Below, one piece after another: positions 1 to 9,950 of a stretch of DNA of 64,000 nucleotides (position 1 is its first letter; every line of letters starts with the position of its first letter). Location: contig JBDKTP010000012.1 of assembly GCA_039680115.1 (NCBI GenBank), positions 9,978-73,977 on the forward strand. The letters run 5' to 3'. Both the position numbers and the translations under genes were made by a program. This stretch comes from Rectinema sp. GTDB taxonomy: Bacteria; Spirochaetota; Spirochaetia; Treponematales; Rectinemataceae. The notes under the pieces were generated by a model, which had not been told where the DNA came from, did not search any database, and saw only the letters and a list, made by a program, of their open reading frames with translations.

Positions 1-2
1 AT

Positions 3-125
3 GTGAGTTCAAGCGCGGTTCGTGAGCTTGTCAGTTTGAAGCGTCTCCCTGCAGGACTAGTACCAGAAGTTGTTCGGCAAGAATTGGAACGCCGGTTCGG
101 GCCCTTTGAACAGGCTAAGGGGTAG
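3..125 (+). CDS. 3' end of an unidentified CDS entering from the left edge
   Basis: Frame 3 is open from the window edge to TAG 123-125 (...LVPEVVRQELERRFGPFEQAKG*). No motif is recognisable in these 40 residues. Confidence 0.25.
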   Translation: MSSSAVRELVSLKRLPAGLVPEVVRQELERRFGPFEQAKG

Positions 126-150
126 AATAAGAGCTCGGTCCTGGCTTCTC

Positions 151-177
151 TTGACAAGAATGCAAAATGTGTATAAT
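151..177 (+). promoter_or_regulatory. Candidate sigma-70 promoter upstream of rpmF
   Basis: Exact TTGACA (151-156) and exact TATAAT (172-177), but the spacer is only 15 nt. It lies 54 nt upstream of the rpmF ATG. Confidence 0.35.
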
Positions 178-230
178 GTCGGCTGTGGTTTTTTCGATTT
201 GGCCAATATCGTAGTAAATGAGGTTATGTC

Positions 231-416
231 ATGGCTGTACCTAAATTTAGAACTTCAAAAGCGCGGACAAGACGTCGTCGGGCTGTTAATATGCAGCTTA
301 CCGCTCCAACAATTGTGCATTGCTCTAACTGTGGAAACCCTGTGCTCTTGCACCATGTCTGCCCAAAGTGCGGGTTCTATCGGGGGCGTCAGGTCTTTAC
401 CCCTGAATCGAAATAA
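231..416 (+). CDS. rpmF: 50S ribosomal protein L32
   Basis: MAVPKFRTSKARTRRRRA N-terminus and a CxxC...CxxC zinc knuckle (CSNCG...CPKCG). 61 aa. Confidence 0.95.
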   Translation: MAVPKFRTSKARTRRRRAVNMQLTAPTIVHCSNCGNPVLLHHVCPKCGFYRGRQVFTPESK

Positions 417-427
417 GGAGATTTTCA

Positions 428-664
428 ATGGACGAACTCTTTGAGAAAATCAAGAAGATTATCGCTGACAAGCTTGAAGTAGACGAAAGCAAAATCACTA
501 TGGATGCTAGCTTCAGGCAGGATCTCGGTGCCGACTCGCTGGATACCTATGAGTTGGTGTATGGCATTGAGGAAGAGCTTGGGATTCAGATTCCGGACGA
601 GAAAGCTAACGAATTTGAAACAGTTCGCGATGCTTATGAGTTCATCAAGACCCAGGTCAAGTAA
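428..664 (+). CDS. acpP: Acyl carrier protein
   Basis: 78 aa with the DLGADSLDTYELV phosphopantetheine-attachment motif (DSL). Confidence 0.95.
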   Translation: MDELFEKIKKIIADKLEVDESKITMDASFRQDLGADSLDTYELVYGIEEELGIQIPDEKANEFETVRDAYEFIKTQVK

Positions 665-717
665 GCAAGTCCCAACAATTCTTGATGGGCGTGGAGAAAG
701 TTTCGTCCGGAGTCAAT

Positions 718-1494
718 ATGCCAGGTCAAAATGGTTCTCTGCGCCTTGTTTCTCTAAAAAAGTTTGAAAAAGAAATAGGTGTAGAATTTTCGGATATTTC
801 TTTACTCGACACTGCCTTAACTCACCGATCATGCATAAATGAACTCTCAAATATAAAAGATGGAAGCTTTGAACACAATGAACGTCTAGAGTTCCTCGGC
901 GATGCCGTGCTGGGTGAGGCCGTTGCTGCCTTTCTTTACCGAGCGCTTCCTTCTGCTCAGGAAGGCGAATTGTCACAAATAAAAAGCGTTGTGGTTTCAG
1001 AATCCATCTTGGCTGAGCAAGGCACCAGGATTGGGATTCCAGAACTCCTGATATTGGGCAGAGGTGAAGAACTTTCTGGCGGCAGACAGAAGAAGGCCCT
1101 TATTGCAGATGCCTTTGAGGCTATTGTAGGTGCCGTTTTTCTTGATCAGGGAGCTGATGCTGCGGCGAATTTTGTCTATAGGCAGTTAAATGCGGCGCTT
1201 AAGTCAACAATTCATGGTCAGAGCAAGGATTACAAGACAATTCTTCAGGAGTATGCACAAAAGTATTTGCGGACATTGCCAGTATATCGGTGTGATCGGG
1301 TTGAGGGGCCAGAACATGATCGAACATTCTGGATCTCCTGTATTTTGGGCTCTAAGGTATACGGGCCATTCTCAGGAAAATCAAAAAAGGAAGCCGAACA
1401 GAACGCCGCTATGAGTGTTTTTGAAAGCTTGAGTGCAGAGGATCCGACTACTAGGGAGAATCTTGTGAAAATTGCCGGCCGGACACTGTCTTAA
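718..1494 (+). CDS. rnc: Ribonuclease III
   Basis: ALTHRS and NERLEFLGDAVL signature plus a C-terminal dsRBD (KDYKTILQEY...). ATG 718 has GGAG 5 nt upstream. The ORF-track start at 682 (TTG) is an alternative. Confidence 0.9.
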   Translation: MPGQNGSLRLVSLKKFEKEIGVEFSDISLLDTALTHRSCINELSNIKDGSFEHNERLEFLGDAVLGEAVAAFLYRALPSAQEGELSQIKSVVVSESILAEQGTRIGIPELLILGRGEELSGGRQKKALIADAFEAIVGAVFLDQGADAAANFVYRQLNAALKSTIHGQSKDYKTILQEYAQKYLRTLPVYRCDRVEGPEHDRTFWISCILGSKVYGPFSGKSKKEAEQNAAMSVFESLSAEDPTTRENLVKIAGRTLS

Positions 1495-1542
1495 GAAAAC
1501 AAAGCGCAAAAGCCCAATCCGCCTTAAAAAATCCAATCCGCC

Positions 1543-2964
1543 TCATAATTCGTTTTGGGATTTATGTTTTATGATTCCGTATTTTGGCATCAAACCTTGG
1601 CAAATGCGCAGCAAGGACTCTCTGTTATTCTGTGCTGGGTCGTCCAAAACGGTCTCGAGCAGTTCACTTAGAAGTTTGCCTACGATGGGTCCCTTGGGGA
1701 CACCCAATTCTATGACGTCGTTGCCGTTTATTGCCAGATCTTTCAGCCCAAAGGCATGTTCCTTCTGCAAGACGAGTTCGATCCTATTTCGTAGCGATTC
1801 CAGGTTGTCGCTCTGAACCTTATGCCCGACAATGGCCTCGGAGTCTGCCGCACGCAGCGCAAAGAGGGGTTCGAGGTTCTCGACGCCGACTCGCGCGATA
1901 AATCGGCGTACTGCTGCATCTGACCAGTCGTTGGTATAATGAAACATATGCGCGTCAATAAGGTGAACAATTAGGTTGATATCGTTGTTAGGAAGTCGCA
2001 GGCGTTCCAGTATTTTTGACGCAAGCATGCTGGAAACTTTTTCGTGGTTATGGAAGGTCGGTATTCCATCTGCCCCGAGCGCTTTTGTTGCAGGTTTGCC
2101 AATGTCGTGAAGCAGGGCTGCCCAACGAATATCGATTAAGAATGGCGCCGCTGCCACAGTATGGAAGCAATGATCCATAACGTCGTAAACATGTGCTCCT
2201 TTTTGTATACAACCTCGACAAGGCAACATTTCGGGAATAATGACCCCAAGCAATCCAGTTCTTTCAAGTAGCTCGAGACCGACCAAAGCCCATTTTCCAA
2301 GAAGGAGTTTTTCAAATTCGTCCCGAACTCTTTCCTTGGAAACTGAAGAAAAAGCATCGAGCGAGTTAGAAATCGCTGTCTGGGTGGCAGGTTCCAGAGA
2401 AAATCCTAACTGAGCGGCAAAGCGTACAGCACGCATGGAGCGCAAGCCATCTTCTGCAAATCGTGCGTCTGGATTGCCGACGCAGCGAATGATTTTCCGT
2501 TCAATATCTTTTTGCCCGTCATAGGGGTCCAATATTGTACCTGATGTATGATCATAGGCCATCGCGTTCATGGTAAAATCTCTGCGCGACAGGTCTTCCT
2601 CAATTGTACCTACAAAAGATATGGAATCGGGGTGTCTATTGTCCGAATAACCTTTTTCTGTGCGGAAGGTAGTCACTTCCACTTTGAATTTTCCGGTCAG
2701 CACCGTCACCGTGCCGTGCTTGATTCCTGTTGGAACAACATGAGGAAACAACTTCATCACGTCGTCCGGCGTTGCATCTGTGGCGATGTCAAAGTCTGAG
2801 CAGTCTTTTTCGCCCATTACAAAGTCTCGAAGTGCGCCACCTACGATATATGCCTTGTGACCCGAGTCGTTGATCTGGTTAAGGATAAATTCAATTTCTT
2901 TTGGTATTTGAAAATGATTATGATGATTATGCATTAGGCTCAAGATTCCTATCGAATATTTCAC
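1543..2964 (-). CDS. cca: CCA-adding enzyme / poly(A) polymerase-family tRNA nucleotidyltransferase with HD domain
   Basis: GGALRDFVMG...DFDIAT nucleotidyltransferase head motif and a C-terminal LLHDIGK HD motif. Confidence 0.85.
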   Translation of the reverse strand: MKYSIGILSLMHNHHNHFQIPKEIEFILNQINDSGHKAYIVGGALRDFVMGEKDCSDFDIATDATPDDVMKLFPHVVPTGIKHGTVTVLTGKFKVEVTTFRTEKGYSDNRHPDSISFVGTIEEDLSRRDFTMNAMAYDHTSGTILDPYDGQKDIERKIIRCVGNPDARFAEDGLRSMRAVRFAAQLGFSLEPATQTAISNSLDAFSSVSKERVRDEFEKLLLGKWALVGLELLERTGLLGVIIPEMLPCRGCIQKGAHVYDVMDHCFHTVAAAPFLIDIRWAALLHDIGKPATKALGADGIPTFHNHEKVSSMLASKILERLRLPNNDINLIVHLIDAHMFHYTNDWSDAAVRRFIARVGVENLEPLFALRAADSEAIVGHKVQSDNLESLRNRIELVLQKEHAFGLKDLAINGNDVIELGVPKGPIVGKLLSELLETVLDDPAQNNRESLLRICQGLMPKYGIIKHKSQNEL

Positions 2965-3145
2965 TCAAAGCCATCCTGCTCAAATGGGTAAGGAAGGACT
3001 GAACTAAACATAGCCTGATCATTGGGGTTGTGTCCAGATTGTCTGACACAAGTTTGGTTGAGGTGCCCACTATTCACACGTATCATCCAGTCGCTCACTC
3101 GTACCATATTGACAAATAGCCTGTGAACCTCGAAATTGACGTATA

Positions 3146-3793
3146 ATGCGTGGCCTTATTATCACAGGTGGGGAGCATCCGCCAATCAAATTTCTGGCAA
3201 GACTGGTAAAAGGCATGGATGTAACAATTGCTGCCGATTCTGGATTGGCGGTGGCCAACAGATGCGGCATTGTACCGGACTGGATTGTTGGGGATTTTGA
3301 CAGCCTTGCGAATCGGGATCTCCTTGAGGGATTCCCCGCAGAACGAGTACTACAATATCCGACTGAGAAGGACGATACCGATACCGAACTCGCCTTCAAA
3401 CTGGCAAAAACCTTGGGTTGCACGACCATCGAGATTGCTGGGGCGGCTGGCGGACGCATAGATCATTTCATTGCTATGTACACAATGTTCTTACGCAATG
3501 ACCATCCTGATGCATGGCATACAAGGAGAGAGTCTGCATTTTATCTGGGCGCTAATAGCCTCGCACGCATGAAATTGCCCTTGCATAGTATTGTCTCTGT
3601 ATTCCCGCTTGGCGATGAATCCAACGGCATGAGTTCTTCTGGGCTGCAATGGCCACTACTGGGCTTGCGATGGCAAAAAGGCTATTTTGGCATTAGCAAC
3701 CGCAGTGTTTCTGCACAGCCCCTTGTCCATGCGGGCTCATGTGCTCTCTTGATCGTCGTCCCGTTGGGCTGCGAATTCCTCTTGCAACAATAA
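3146..3793 (+). CDS. Thiamine pyrophosphokinase
   Basis: The N-terminal ITGGE..., VGDFDS motif, 215-aa length and C-terminal thiamine-binding-like half fit the TPK family. Confidence 0.75.
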   Translation: MRGLIITGGEHPPIKFLARLVKGMDVTIAADSGLAVANRCGIVPDWIVGDFDSLANRDLLEGFPAERVLQYPTEKDDTDTELAFKLAKTLGCTTIEIAGAAGGRIDHFIAMYTMFLRNDHPDAWHTRRESAFYLGANSLARMKLPLHSIVSVFPLGDESNGMSSSGLQWPLLGLRWQKGYFGISNRSVSAQPLVHAGSCALLIVVPLGCEFLLQQ

Positions 3794-4240
3794 AAGGGTA
3801 TCTTTAGGGTCTTGGACCAAAACGCGTTTGCCTCCAATAAGGTCTGCAATGCCAAGTTCGTTTTTGTACCTTGGAATGACATGCAGATGCAGGTGCTCAA
3901 TGCTCGCGCCGGCCGAAAGGCCCATATTATACCCTATGTTATAGCCGGCTGGTGAGAATCTACGATCCAGAACATCAATGGCTTTTTCGGTGGCTTTGTC
4001 AATTTCTTCTTTCTCTATTCTGGTAAGCTGACGGATATCGGTGACATGGCGCTTGGGGAAGATAAGCATGTGTCCAGGGTTGTAAGGATAGAGATTCAAA
4101 GAAACCATAACCAAGTCATTCTCCCACACCACAAGCCGATCAACGTTTGGAGAATTGTCACGAATCAAACAAAGTATACAACCTTGCGGCTTCTTGCCTT
4201 TAAGGTAACCCAATTTGTTAAAGCTGAAAAAGTAGTCCAT
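3737..4240 (-). CDS. HIT (histidine triad) family nucleotide hydrolase/transferase
   Basis: HLHLHVIPR histidine-triad motif and an N-terminal CxxC (GCILC). Its 3' end overlaps the convergent TPK gene by 57 nt. Confidence 0.85.
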   Translation of the reverse strand: MDYFFSFNKLGYLKGKKPQGCILCLIRDNSPNVDRLVVWENDLVMVSLNLYPYNPGHMLIFPKRHVTDIRQLTRIEKEEIDKATEKAIDVLDRRFSPAGYNIGYNMGLSAGASIEHLHLHVIPRYKNELGIADLIGGKRVLVQDPKDTLLLLQEEFAAQRDDDQEST

Positions 4241-4294
4241 CCATTCCTCGTTTTGACACTGTTAAGACACTCACTAAAATGATATATTGTCAAT

Positions 4295-4624
4295 ATGACT
4301 TTTGTTGCACGAGTCCTTAAGTGGCTAGGGTGGGCGCTGTTTGTATGCACCGCGGCTTGCATAATCTTGGGACTGGCATCGGATTTTTTTGAGTTTTCTC
4401 ATCGAACCTTTTTGCAGCTTGTGTCGGTCGGTCTTTACTTGTCGACAGCTCTTTTGCTCATTTCTGTGGCAGGGCTCACGCTTTGGGTAATAAGTACGGT
4501 CCTTGGGCTGAGAGGCTTTCGCCTCAGATCCTGCCTGGGCTGGCTCACAACGTGTGTTTTATCGTGTATTCCGTTTATGTTCTGCCTTCTGCTCTGCAAG
4601 TTTGTAGCAGGCCTTCGTCTGTAA
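4295..4624 (+). CDS. Small hydrophobic membrane protein, function unknown
   Basis: 109 aa with 3-4 predicted TM stretches. No clear SD and no recognisable family. Confidence 0.4.
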   Translation: MTFVARVLKWLGWALFVCTAACIILGLASDFFEFSHRTFLQLVSVGLYLSTALLLISVAGLTLWVISTVLGLRGFRLRSCLGWLTTCVLSCIPFMFCLLLCKFVAGLRL

Positions 4625-4711
4625 ACGAATTCTTCTATGGAGCTTTACATGGCTCAATCTATAAAGCTATATTCTTAACCCTGTGTAGGATCCTCTCCTA
4701 AGGAGATTTAA

Positions 4712-6178
4712 ATGACCATGCGAGTACGCTATGCACCGTCCCCGACCGGCAATCAACATATCGGTGGCGTGAGGACAGCCTTTATCAATTATCTTTACGC
4801 AAAATCCCAAAACGGTACCTTTATCCTGCGATTGGAGGATACGGACAGGACGCGTTACGCCGAAGAGTATGTACAGAACATCTACGACACATTCCAGTGG
4901 TTGGGTTTTTATTGGGACGAGGGCCCGGATGTCGGCGGGCCCGTTGGCCCTTATGTGCAGTCCGAAAGGCTGCCTCTTTATCAAAAATACGCAGAAGATC
5001 TTGTTAAAATGGACAAGGCATATTACTGCTTTTGTGATGCTGACAGGCTTGAAAGCCTCCGAAAGTCACAGATCGAGCAAAAAAGTGGAGAACAGGGGTA
5101 CGATCGTCACTGCCGGAATCTCAGCAAGGAAGAGGTTCTACGTAACATTGCACAGGGCGTGCCACATGTTGTGCGGTTAAAGATCCCTTTAACAGGGACG
5201 ACAACCTTTTACGACCAGCTTTTGGGCCAAGTGGAATGGAAAAACTCTGACATAAGTCCAGACCCTGTGCTCCTTAAGTCAGATGGATTCCCCACCTACC
5301 ACCTTGCAAACGTCGTGGACGACCATCTTATGGGCATAACACATGTCATGCGCGCGCAAGAGTGGATTCCATCGGCACCTTTGCACAAAATAATGTACGA
5401 TGCCTTTGGATGGGAGCAACCCGTACTCTGCCACTTGCCTATGGTCATGGGGCAAGATGGGCACAAGCTTTCAAAGCGCCATGGCGCTACTTCGATAAAT
5501 GAGTTCCGCAAGGCCGGTTATCTGCCAGAGGCGCTTCTCAACTACATTGCACTTTTGGGGTGCTCATTTGAAGAGGGTAGGGAAATTTTCAGCGTCGAAG
5601 AGATGATTCGGCTTTTCAAAGTCGAAAAACTCAATAAGGCTCCCGCCATCTTCGACTACCAAAAACTCGAGTGGTTCAACGGGCAATACATTAGGCAGAA
5701 GAGCGACGAAGATCTTGCACAGCTGGTCAAACCTTTCCTTGTGGATGCTGGCTTACGCGCAATGCAAGATCCCCAGGCCGATGAGCTCGACCAAAAGGCC
5801 ATGCCCCTTGTGCGTGAGAGGCTTAAAACGCTTGCAGATGCGCCTGCAATGATGTCCTATCTCTATCGTAGGCCGAAGATGCCGGAAAAAGCTGAGTTCG
5901 TGCCCAAGAAACGGGACGAGGCAACGGCGCTGCGTATGCTGCGCGAGTGCCTTTCCGTTGCGGAGAGACTTGATTTTTCCGACGTTGCGACCGCGGAAGA
6001 AGCGTTCAAGAACCATGCACTGCAGATGTCTGAGAAACTGGGGGACCTTCTCATGCCCTTACGGGTGGCCATCACGGGATCCAGGGTAAGCCCGCCGCTC
6101 TTTGAATCGATGCAGATTCTTGGCAAGAATGAGACGATGGAGAGGATAACCTCAGCCATCGAGTATCTATCGGCCTGA
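4712..6178 (+). CDS. gltX: Glutamyl-tRNA synthetase
   Basis: RYAPSPTGNQHIGG (HIGH) and KLSKRHG (KMSKS) motifs. AAGGAG SD upstream. Confidence 0.95.
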   Translation: MTMRVRYAPSPTGNQHIGGVRTAFINYLYAKSQNGTFILRLEDTDRTRYAEEYVQNIYDTFQWLGFYWDEGPDVGGPVGPYVQSERLPLYQKYAEDLVKMDKAYYCFCDADRLESLRKSQIEQKSGEQGYDRHCRNLSKEEVLRNIAQGVPHVVRLKIPLTGTTTFYDQLLGQVEWKNSDISPDPVLLKSDGFPTYHLANVVDDHLMGITHVMRAQEWIPSAPLHKIMYDAFGWEQPVLCHLPMVMGQDGHKLSKRHGATSINEFRKAGYLPEALLNYIALLGCSFEEGREIFSVEEMIRLFKVEKLNKAPAIFDYQKLEWFNGQYIRQKSDEDLAQLVKPFLVDAGLRAMQDPQADELDQKAMPLVRERLKTLADAPAMMSYLYRRPKMPEKAEFVPKKRDEATALRMLRECLSVAERLDFSDVATAEEAFKNHALQMSEKLGDLLMPLRVAITGSRVSPPLFESMQILGKNETMERITSAIEYLSA

Positions 6179-6256
6179 AGAAGCTTGACCCAAAGGCTCG
6201 CTAAGGAGCATAGTAAGGCACCACACCCCTGAAGTGTGGCAAGGAGTACAAAGTTA

Positions 6257-7984
6257 ATGGGCGAAATCGATACAAGCGACAATGTTGGCACCGATTTTAT
6301 TCGCGAAGCCGTGGCCGAGGATCTTGCGAAGGGAAGGTACAAAGAAGTCCACACCCGTTTTCCGCCGGAGCCAAACGGATGGCTTCATATCGGACACGCA
6401 AAAGCCATCTCAGTAGATTTCGGTGTTGCAGAGAGCTTTCATGGCAAGTGTAATTTGCGATTTGACGATACAAACCCGGAGAAGGAAGATCAATCGTATG
6501 TGGAAGCTATAAAACGCGATGTGCATTGGCTCGGATATGATTGGCAGGACCGCGAATATTATGCTTCCGATTACTACGACAAGTTATACGAACTCGCCTG
6601 TGGTTTGATTCGCAAGGGCTTAGCGTATGTCGACGACCTCGATGAGGAACAGATAAAGGAATATCGCGGTACAAATGTGCCCGATAAGAACAACATCACC
6701 TTTACACCCCCCGGCAAGAACAGTCCATTTCGAGACCGATCCGTTGAAGAAAACCTGGACTTGTTTGCAAGGATGCGCGCAGGTGAATTCCCCGATGGTT
6801 CTAAGACCTTGCGTGCAAAAATCGATATGGCAAGCCCCAATCTTCTCATGCGGGACCCCGTGATGTACCGAATTCGTCGCGAGCCTCATTATCGCACTGG
6901 AAATAAGTGGTGCATCTATCCGATGTACGATTTTCAACACCCGCTCTCCGATGCTATCGAAGGCGTAACGCACTCGCTTTGTTCGCTTGAGTACGAAATT
7001 CACAGACCACTGTATGAGTGGTTCATTAAGAATTGTGATGTGTTTCCTTCCAGACAGATAGAATTTGCGCGGCTCAATCTTTCCCACACAGTGCTCTCAA
7101 AACGATTTCTTATCCAACTGGTGCAGGAGAAAAAGGTTTCCGGGTGGGACGATCCACGCATGCCTACCTTGGCAGGCCTTCGCCGGCGTGGTTATACGCC
7201 AGAGGCAATCCGTGACTTTTTAGGCCGCATAGGTATTGCGAAGACCGATTCTCTTGTGGATATTCAACTTCTGGAACACTGCGTAAGAGAGGACCTGAAC
7301 AAAAAAGCCGACAGGTACATGGCTGTCCTGCGTCCCCTCAAGCTCATCATTGACAATTGGCCAGAAGACAAGACTGAGCTACTTCCTGCGGTAAACAACC
7401 CGGAGAATCCGGCGGGGGGCACCAGAGACATACCGTTTGGCAAAGAATTGCTGATAGAACGGGACGACTTTCGCGAAGTTCCGCCGCCTAAATACTTCAG
7501 GCTCTTCCCTGGGAGTCAAGTGCGCCTGCGTTATGCCTACATAGTGACCTGCACAGGCTTTGACAAAGATCCAGTCTCTGGAGAGGTAACTGCCGTCCAT
7601 TGTACGTATGATCCTGCTACAAAAGGTGGCGATGCCCCGGATAACCGGAAGGTCAAGGGGACGATTCACTGGGTTTCTAAAGAGGACGCTGTCGAATTTG
7701 AGGCCAGGCTCTACGACTATCTCTTCGAAGCCGAGCGCCCGATGGATATACCGGCGGGGACTTCCTTTTTGGACAACATTTCAGAGCATTCGCTGGAAGT
7801 AGTGCAGGGTGCCTTTGCGGAGCCAAGTATCGAGCAAATCGGCGTTGGCCAAACGGTTCAATTCGAGCGCCTTGGCTATTTTTGTAAAGATCCCGATTCG
7901 GAGGTCGATGGCAAGGCAGTTTTTAATCGAACTGAGACTTTGCGTGATACCTGGGCAAAAATTGAGAAAAAAAACGAGAAGTGA
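6257..7984 (+). CDS. glnS: Glutaminyl-tRNA synthetase
   Basis: FIREAVAEDL...VHTRFPPEPNGWLHIGHAK is collinear with the E. coli GlnRS N-terminus. VLSKR class-I motif. ATG 6257 is preceded by AAGGAG. The ORF-track start at 6236 is GTG. Confidence 0.9.
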   Translation: MGEIDTSDNVGTDFIREAVAEDLAKGRYKEVHTRFPPEPNGWLHIGHAKAISVDFGVAESFHGKCNLRFDDTNPEKEDQSYVEAIKRDVHWLGYDWQDREYYASDYYDKLYELACGLIRKGLAYVDDLDEEQIKEYRGTNVPDKNNITFTPPGKNSPFRDRSVEENLDLFARMRAGEFPDGSKTLRAKIDMASPNLLMRDPVMYRIRREPHYRTGNKWCIYPMYDFQHPLSDAIEGVTHSLCSLEYEIHRPLYEWFIKNCDVFPSRQIEFARLNLSHTVLSKRFLIQLVQEKKVSGWDDPRMPTLAGLRRRGYTPEAIRDFLGRIGIAKTDSLVDIQLLEHCVREDLNKKADRYMAVLRPLKLIIDNWPEDKTELLPAVNNPENPAGGTRDIPFGKELLIERDDFREVPPPKYFRLFPGSQVRLRYAYIVTCTGFDKDPVSGEVTAVHCTYDPATKGGDAPDNRKVKGTIHWVSKEDAVEFEARLYDYLFEAERPMDIPAGTSFLDNISEHSLEVVQGAFAEPSIEQIGVGQTVQFERLGYFCKDPDSEVDGKAVFNRTETLRDTWAKIEKKNEK

Positions 7985-8019
7985 CCAGCAGGCTTTGAGT
8001 TTGCAGAGGAGTTACAAAG

Positions 8020-9369
8020 ATGTCAGATACAGTAACGATGGATCAAATTGTGTCGCTGTGCAAGCGACGTGGCTTCGTCTTCCAATCTTCAGAAATCTAC
8101 GGAGGCCAGGCAGGCGCCTGGGATTATGGTCCGAACGGTATTGAACTAAAGAATCGAATTGCGCAGTTTTGGTGGAAGGAAATGACCCAGCTACACGACA
8201 ATATTGTCGGTCTGGACGCTGCAATCCTTATGCATCCTCGGGTCTGGGAAGCTTCAGGGCATGTCGAGAACTTCACCGACCCCTTGGTGGATTGCAAGAA
8301 ATGCAAGACGCGATTTAGGGCGGATCAGATTCCGGAAGAGAATCTTAAGACAAAAACCTGCCCTGAATGTGGTGGCGAACTGACAGATGTCCGCAAGTTC
8401 AATTTGATGTTTAAGACTAATATTGGACCTGTTGAAGATGGTTCCGGGCTGATTTATCTGCGCCCTGAGACTGCGCAGGGAATCTATGTCAATTTCAAAA
8501 ACGTATTACAGTCTAATCGTATGAAGGTTCCCTTTGGAATCGCCCAGATCGGCAAGGCCTTCCGAAACGAAATCGTTACAAAGAACTTTATTTTCAGAAG
8601 TTGCGAGTTCGAACAGATGGAAATGCAGTTCTTTGTGAAACCTGGCACGGACGAGGAATGGTTTGACTACTGGCGCGAACAGCGTTGGAACTATTACAGG
8701 AAAATGGGCATTCGTATGGATAAGTTGCGGTGGCACAGGCACGGTCCGGAAGAGCTTGCGTTCTACGCCAAAGACGCCTACGACATCGAATACGAGTTCC
8801 CAATGGGCTTTAAGGAACTGGAAGGTGTTCATAACAGGACAAACTACGATCTTACGAGGCATCAACAGTTCTCCGGCAAGGATCTACAGTATATCGACCA
8901 GGACAATGGAAATGAACGCTACCTGCCTTATGTAATAGAAACAAGCGCTGGCCTTACGCGGGAGCTACTTATGGTGCTTTGCGATGCCTATGAAGAGCAA
9001 AAGGTGGCGGACAAAGGCAACGAGGACGATTATCGGACTGTGTTACATTTTAACCCGATTTTTGCGCCAGTCACGGTTGCCGTGCTTCCTCTTATGAAGA
9101 AAGATGGACTTGCTGAATTGGCTCAGGACATTCGTAGTGAACTTAAGGAAGACTTCGTTACAGATTATGACCAATCTGGCGCTATTGGAAGGCGTTACAG
9201 GCGTCAAGATGAAATTGGCACTCCTTACTGTGTAACCATCGATTATCAGTCCAAAGAGGATCATACCGTGACGTTGCGCGACAGAGATAGTATGGACCAA
9301 ATTCGCGTGCCGCGAGACAAACTTTCACTTGCAATTCGAGAGAAAATGAAGAGCTATAAGAGGGTGTGA
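8020..9369 (+). CDS. glyQS: Glycyl-tRNA synthetase, single-chain (alpha2) type
   Basis: IVSLCKRRGFVFQSSEIYGG N-terminus and YLRPETAQG motif typical of GlyQS. GAGGAG SD. Confidence 0.93.
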   Translation: MSDTVTMDQIVSLCKRRGFVFQSSEIYGGQAGAWDYGPNGIELKNRIAQFWWKEMTQLHDNIVGLDAAILMHPRVWEASGHVENFTDPLVDCKKCKTRFRADQIPEENLKTKTCPECGGELTDVRKFNLMFKTNIGPVEDGSGLIYLRPETAQGIYVNFKNVLQSNRMKVPFGIAQIGKAFRNEIVTKNFIFRSCEFEQMEMQFFVKPGTDEEWFDYWREQRWNYYRKMGIRMDKLRWHRHGPEELAFYAKDAYDIEYEFPMGFKELEGVHNRTNYDLTRHQQFSGKDLQYIDQDNGNERYLPYVIETSAGLTRELLMVLCDAYEEQKVADKGNEDDYRTVLHFNPIFAPVTVAVLPLMKKDGLAELAQDIRSELKEDFVTDYDQSGAIGRRYRRQDEIGTPYCVTIDYQSKEDHTVTLRDRDSMDQIRVPRDKLSLAIREKMKSYKRV

Positions 9370-9386
9370 TTCGAAGTCATAGTTAT

Positions 9387-9416
9387 TAAAAAAGCCCCGG
9401 ATTTCGGGGCTTTTTT
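9387..9416. terminator. Bidirectional intrinsic terminator between glyQS and hup
   Basis: A-run, then GCCCCG (9394-9399), a 5-nt loop, CGGGGC (9405-9410), then a T-run. It can act on both convergent transcripts. Confidence 0.85.
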
Positions 9417-9455
9417 AATAAATGACAAATCCCTGTCTTCTGGTATGCCGTGGCT

Positions 9456-9758
9456 CTACTTCGAGCCCAGGATGCCTTCCTTGCAAGCTTTGGAAACGGT
9501 GAATTTGACGGCGGTCTTGGCAGGAATCTTGATAGCCTCGCCAGTGGCAGGGTTGCGACCCATTCTGGCTTTTCGCTTTGTGAGCTTAAGAATGCCAAAA
9601 CCAGGAAGAGTAAACTTCTTGTTTTTCTTCACTTCCTTGTAGGCCATTTCGGACAGTGCATCGAGAAACGCCTTTACTTCCTTTTTGGTCAATGAGGTCT
9701 TTTCCGCAAGCGCGGTGACTAGCTGAGCTTTCGTCATCGCTGATCCGTTCGATGCCAT
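9456..9758 (-). CDS. hup: HU/IHF-family DNA-binding protein
   Basis: 100 aa with MTKAQLV...LTKKEVKAFLD...GFG...RKARMGRNPATGEAIKIPAK, typical of the HU beta-arm. Confidence 0.92.
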   Translation of the reverse strand: MASNGSAMTKAQLVTALAEKTSLTKKEVKAFLDALSEMAYKEVKKNKKFTLPGFGILKLTKRKARMGRNPATGEAIKIPAKTAVKFTVSKACKEGILGSK

Positions 9759-9950
9759 GTTCTTCTCCTTTGAAATATAGAGCCTTTGAGGTAACTTCAG
9801 TGGCTTTTTGCAGGCATAAAATGCGCCATGGCCAATGTTTAGCCTCTAGTAATATATAATACCACACTGTTACAAAAAAGGTACAATAATATTGGTAAAT
9901 GTATGAAAAGATTGGTTTCACATATTGAGAAGCGACTTGAAAGCTCTATA

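Noticed and set aside
70-444. 124-aa ORF overlapping rpmF and the acpP start
   Set aside because: It is out of frame with two strongly supported small genes (L32, ACP), has no motif and begins with a non-ATG codon.
2990-3145. Possible TPP riboswitch upstream of the thiamine pyrophosphokinase gene (contains CCUGAUC and CCAGA)
   Set aside because: The CUGAGA box and the UGG-AU-AUGCCAGCG continuation after CCUGAUC are absent, and I could not draw the P4/P5 pairing. TPK genes are also not typical TPP-riboswitch targets.
3142-3147. Exact TATAAT hexamer
   Set aside because: It overlaps the ATG (3146) of the TPK gene, so it cannot serve as that gene's -10. The nearest TTGACA (3109-3114) is 27 nt away.
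5150-5164. Second sigma-54-like element on the minus strand (TGGCACG-N4-GTGC)
   Set aside because: The -12 element is imperfect (GTGC, not TTGC). It is antisense inside gltX and has no downstream minus-strand gene to drive.
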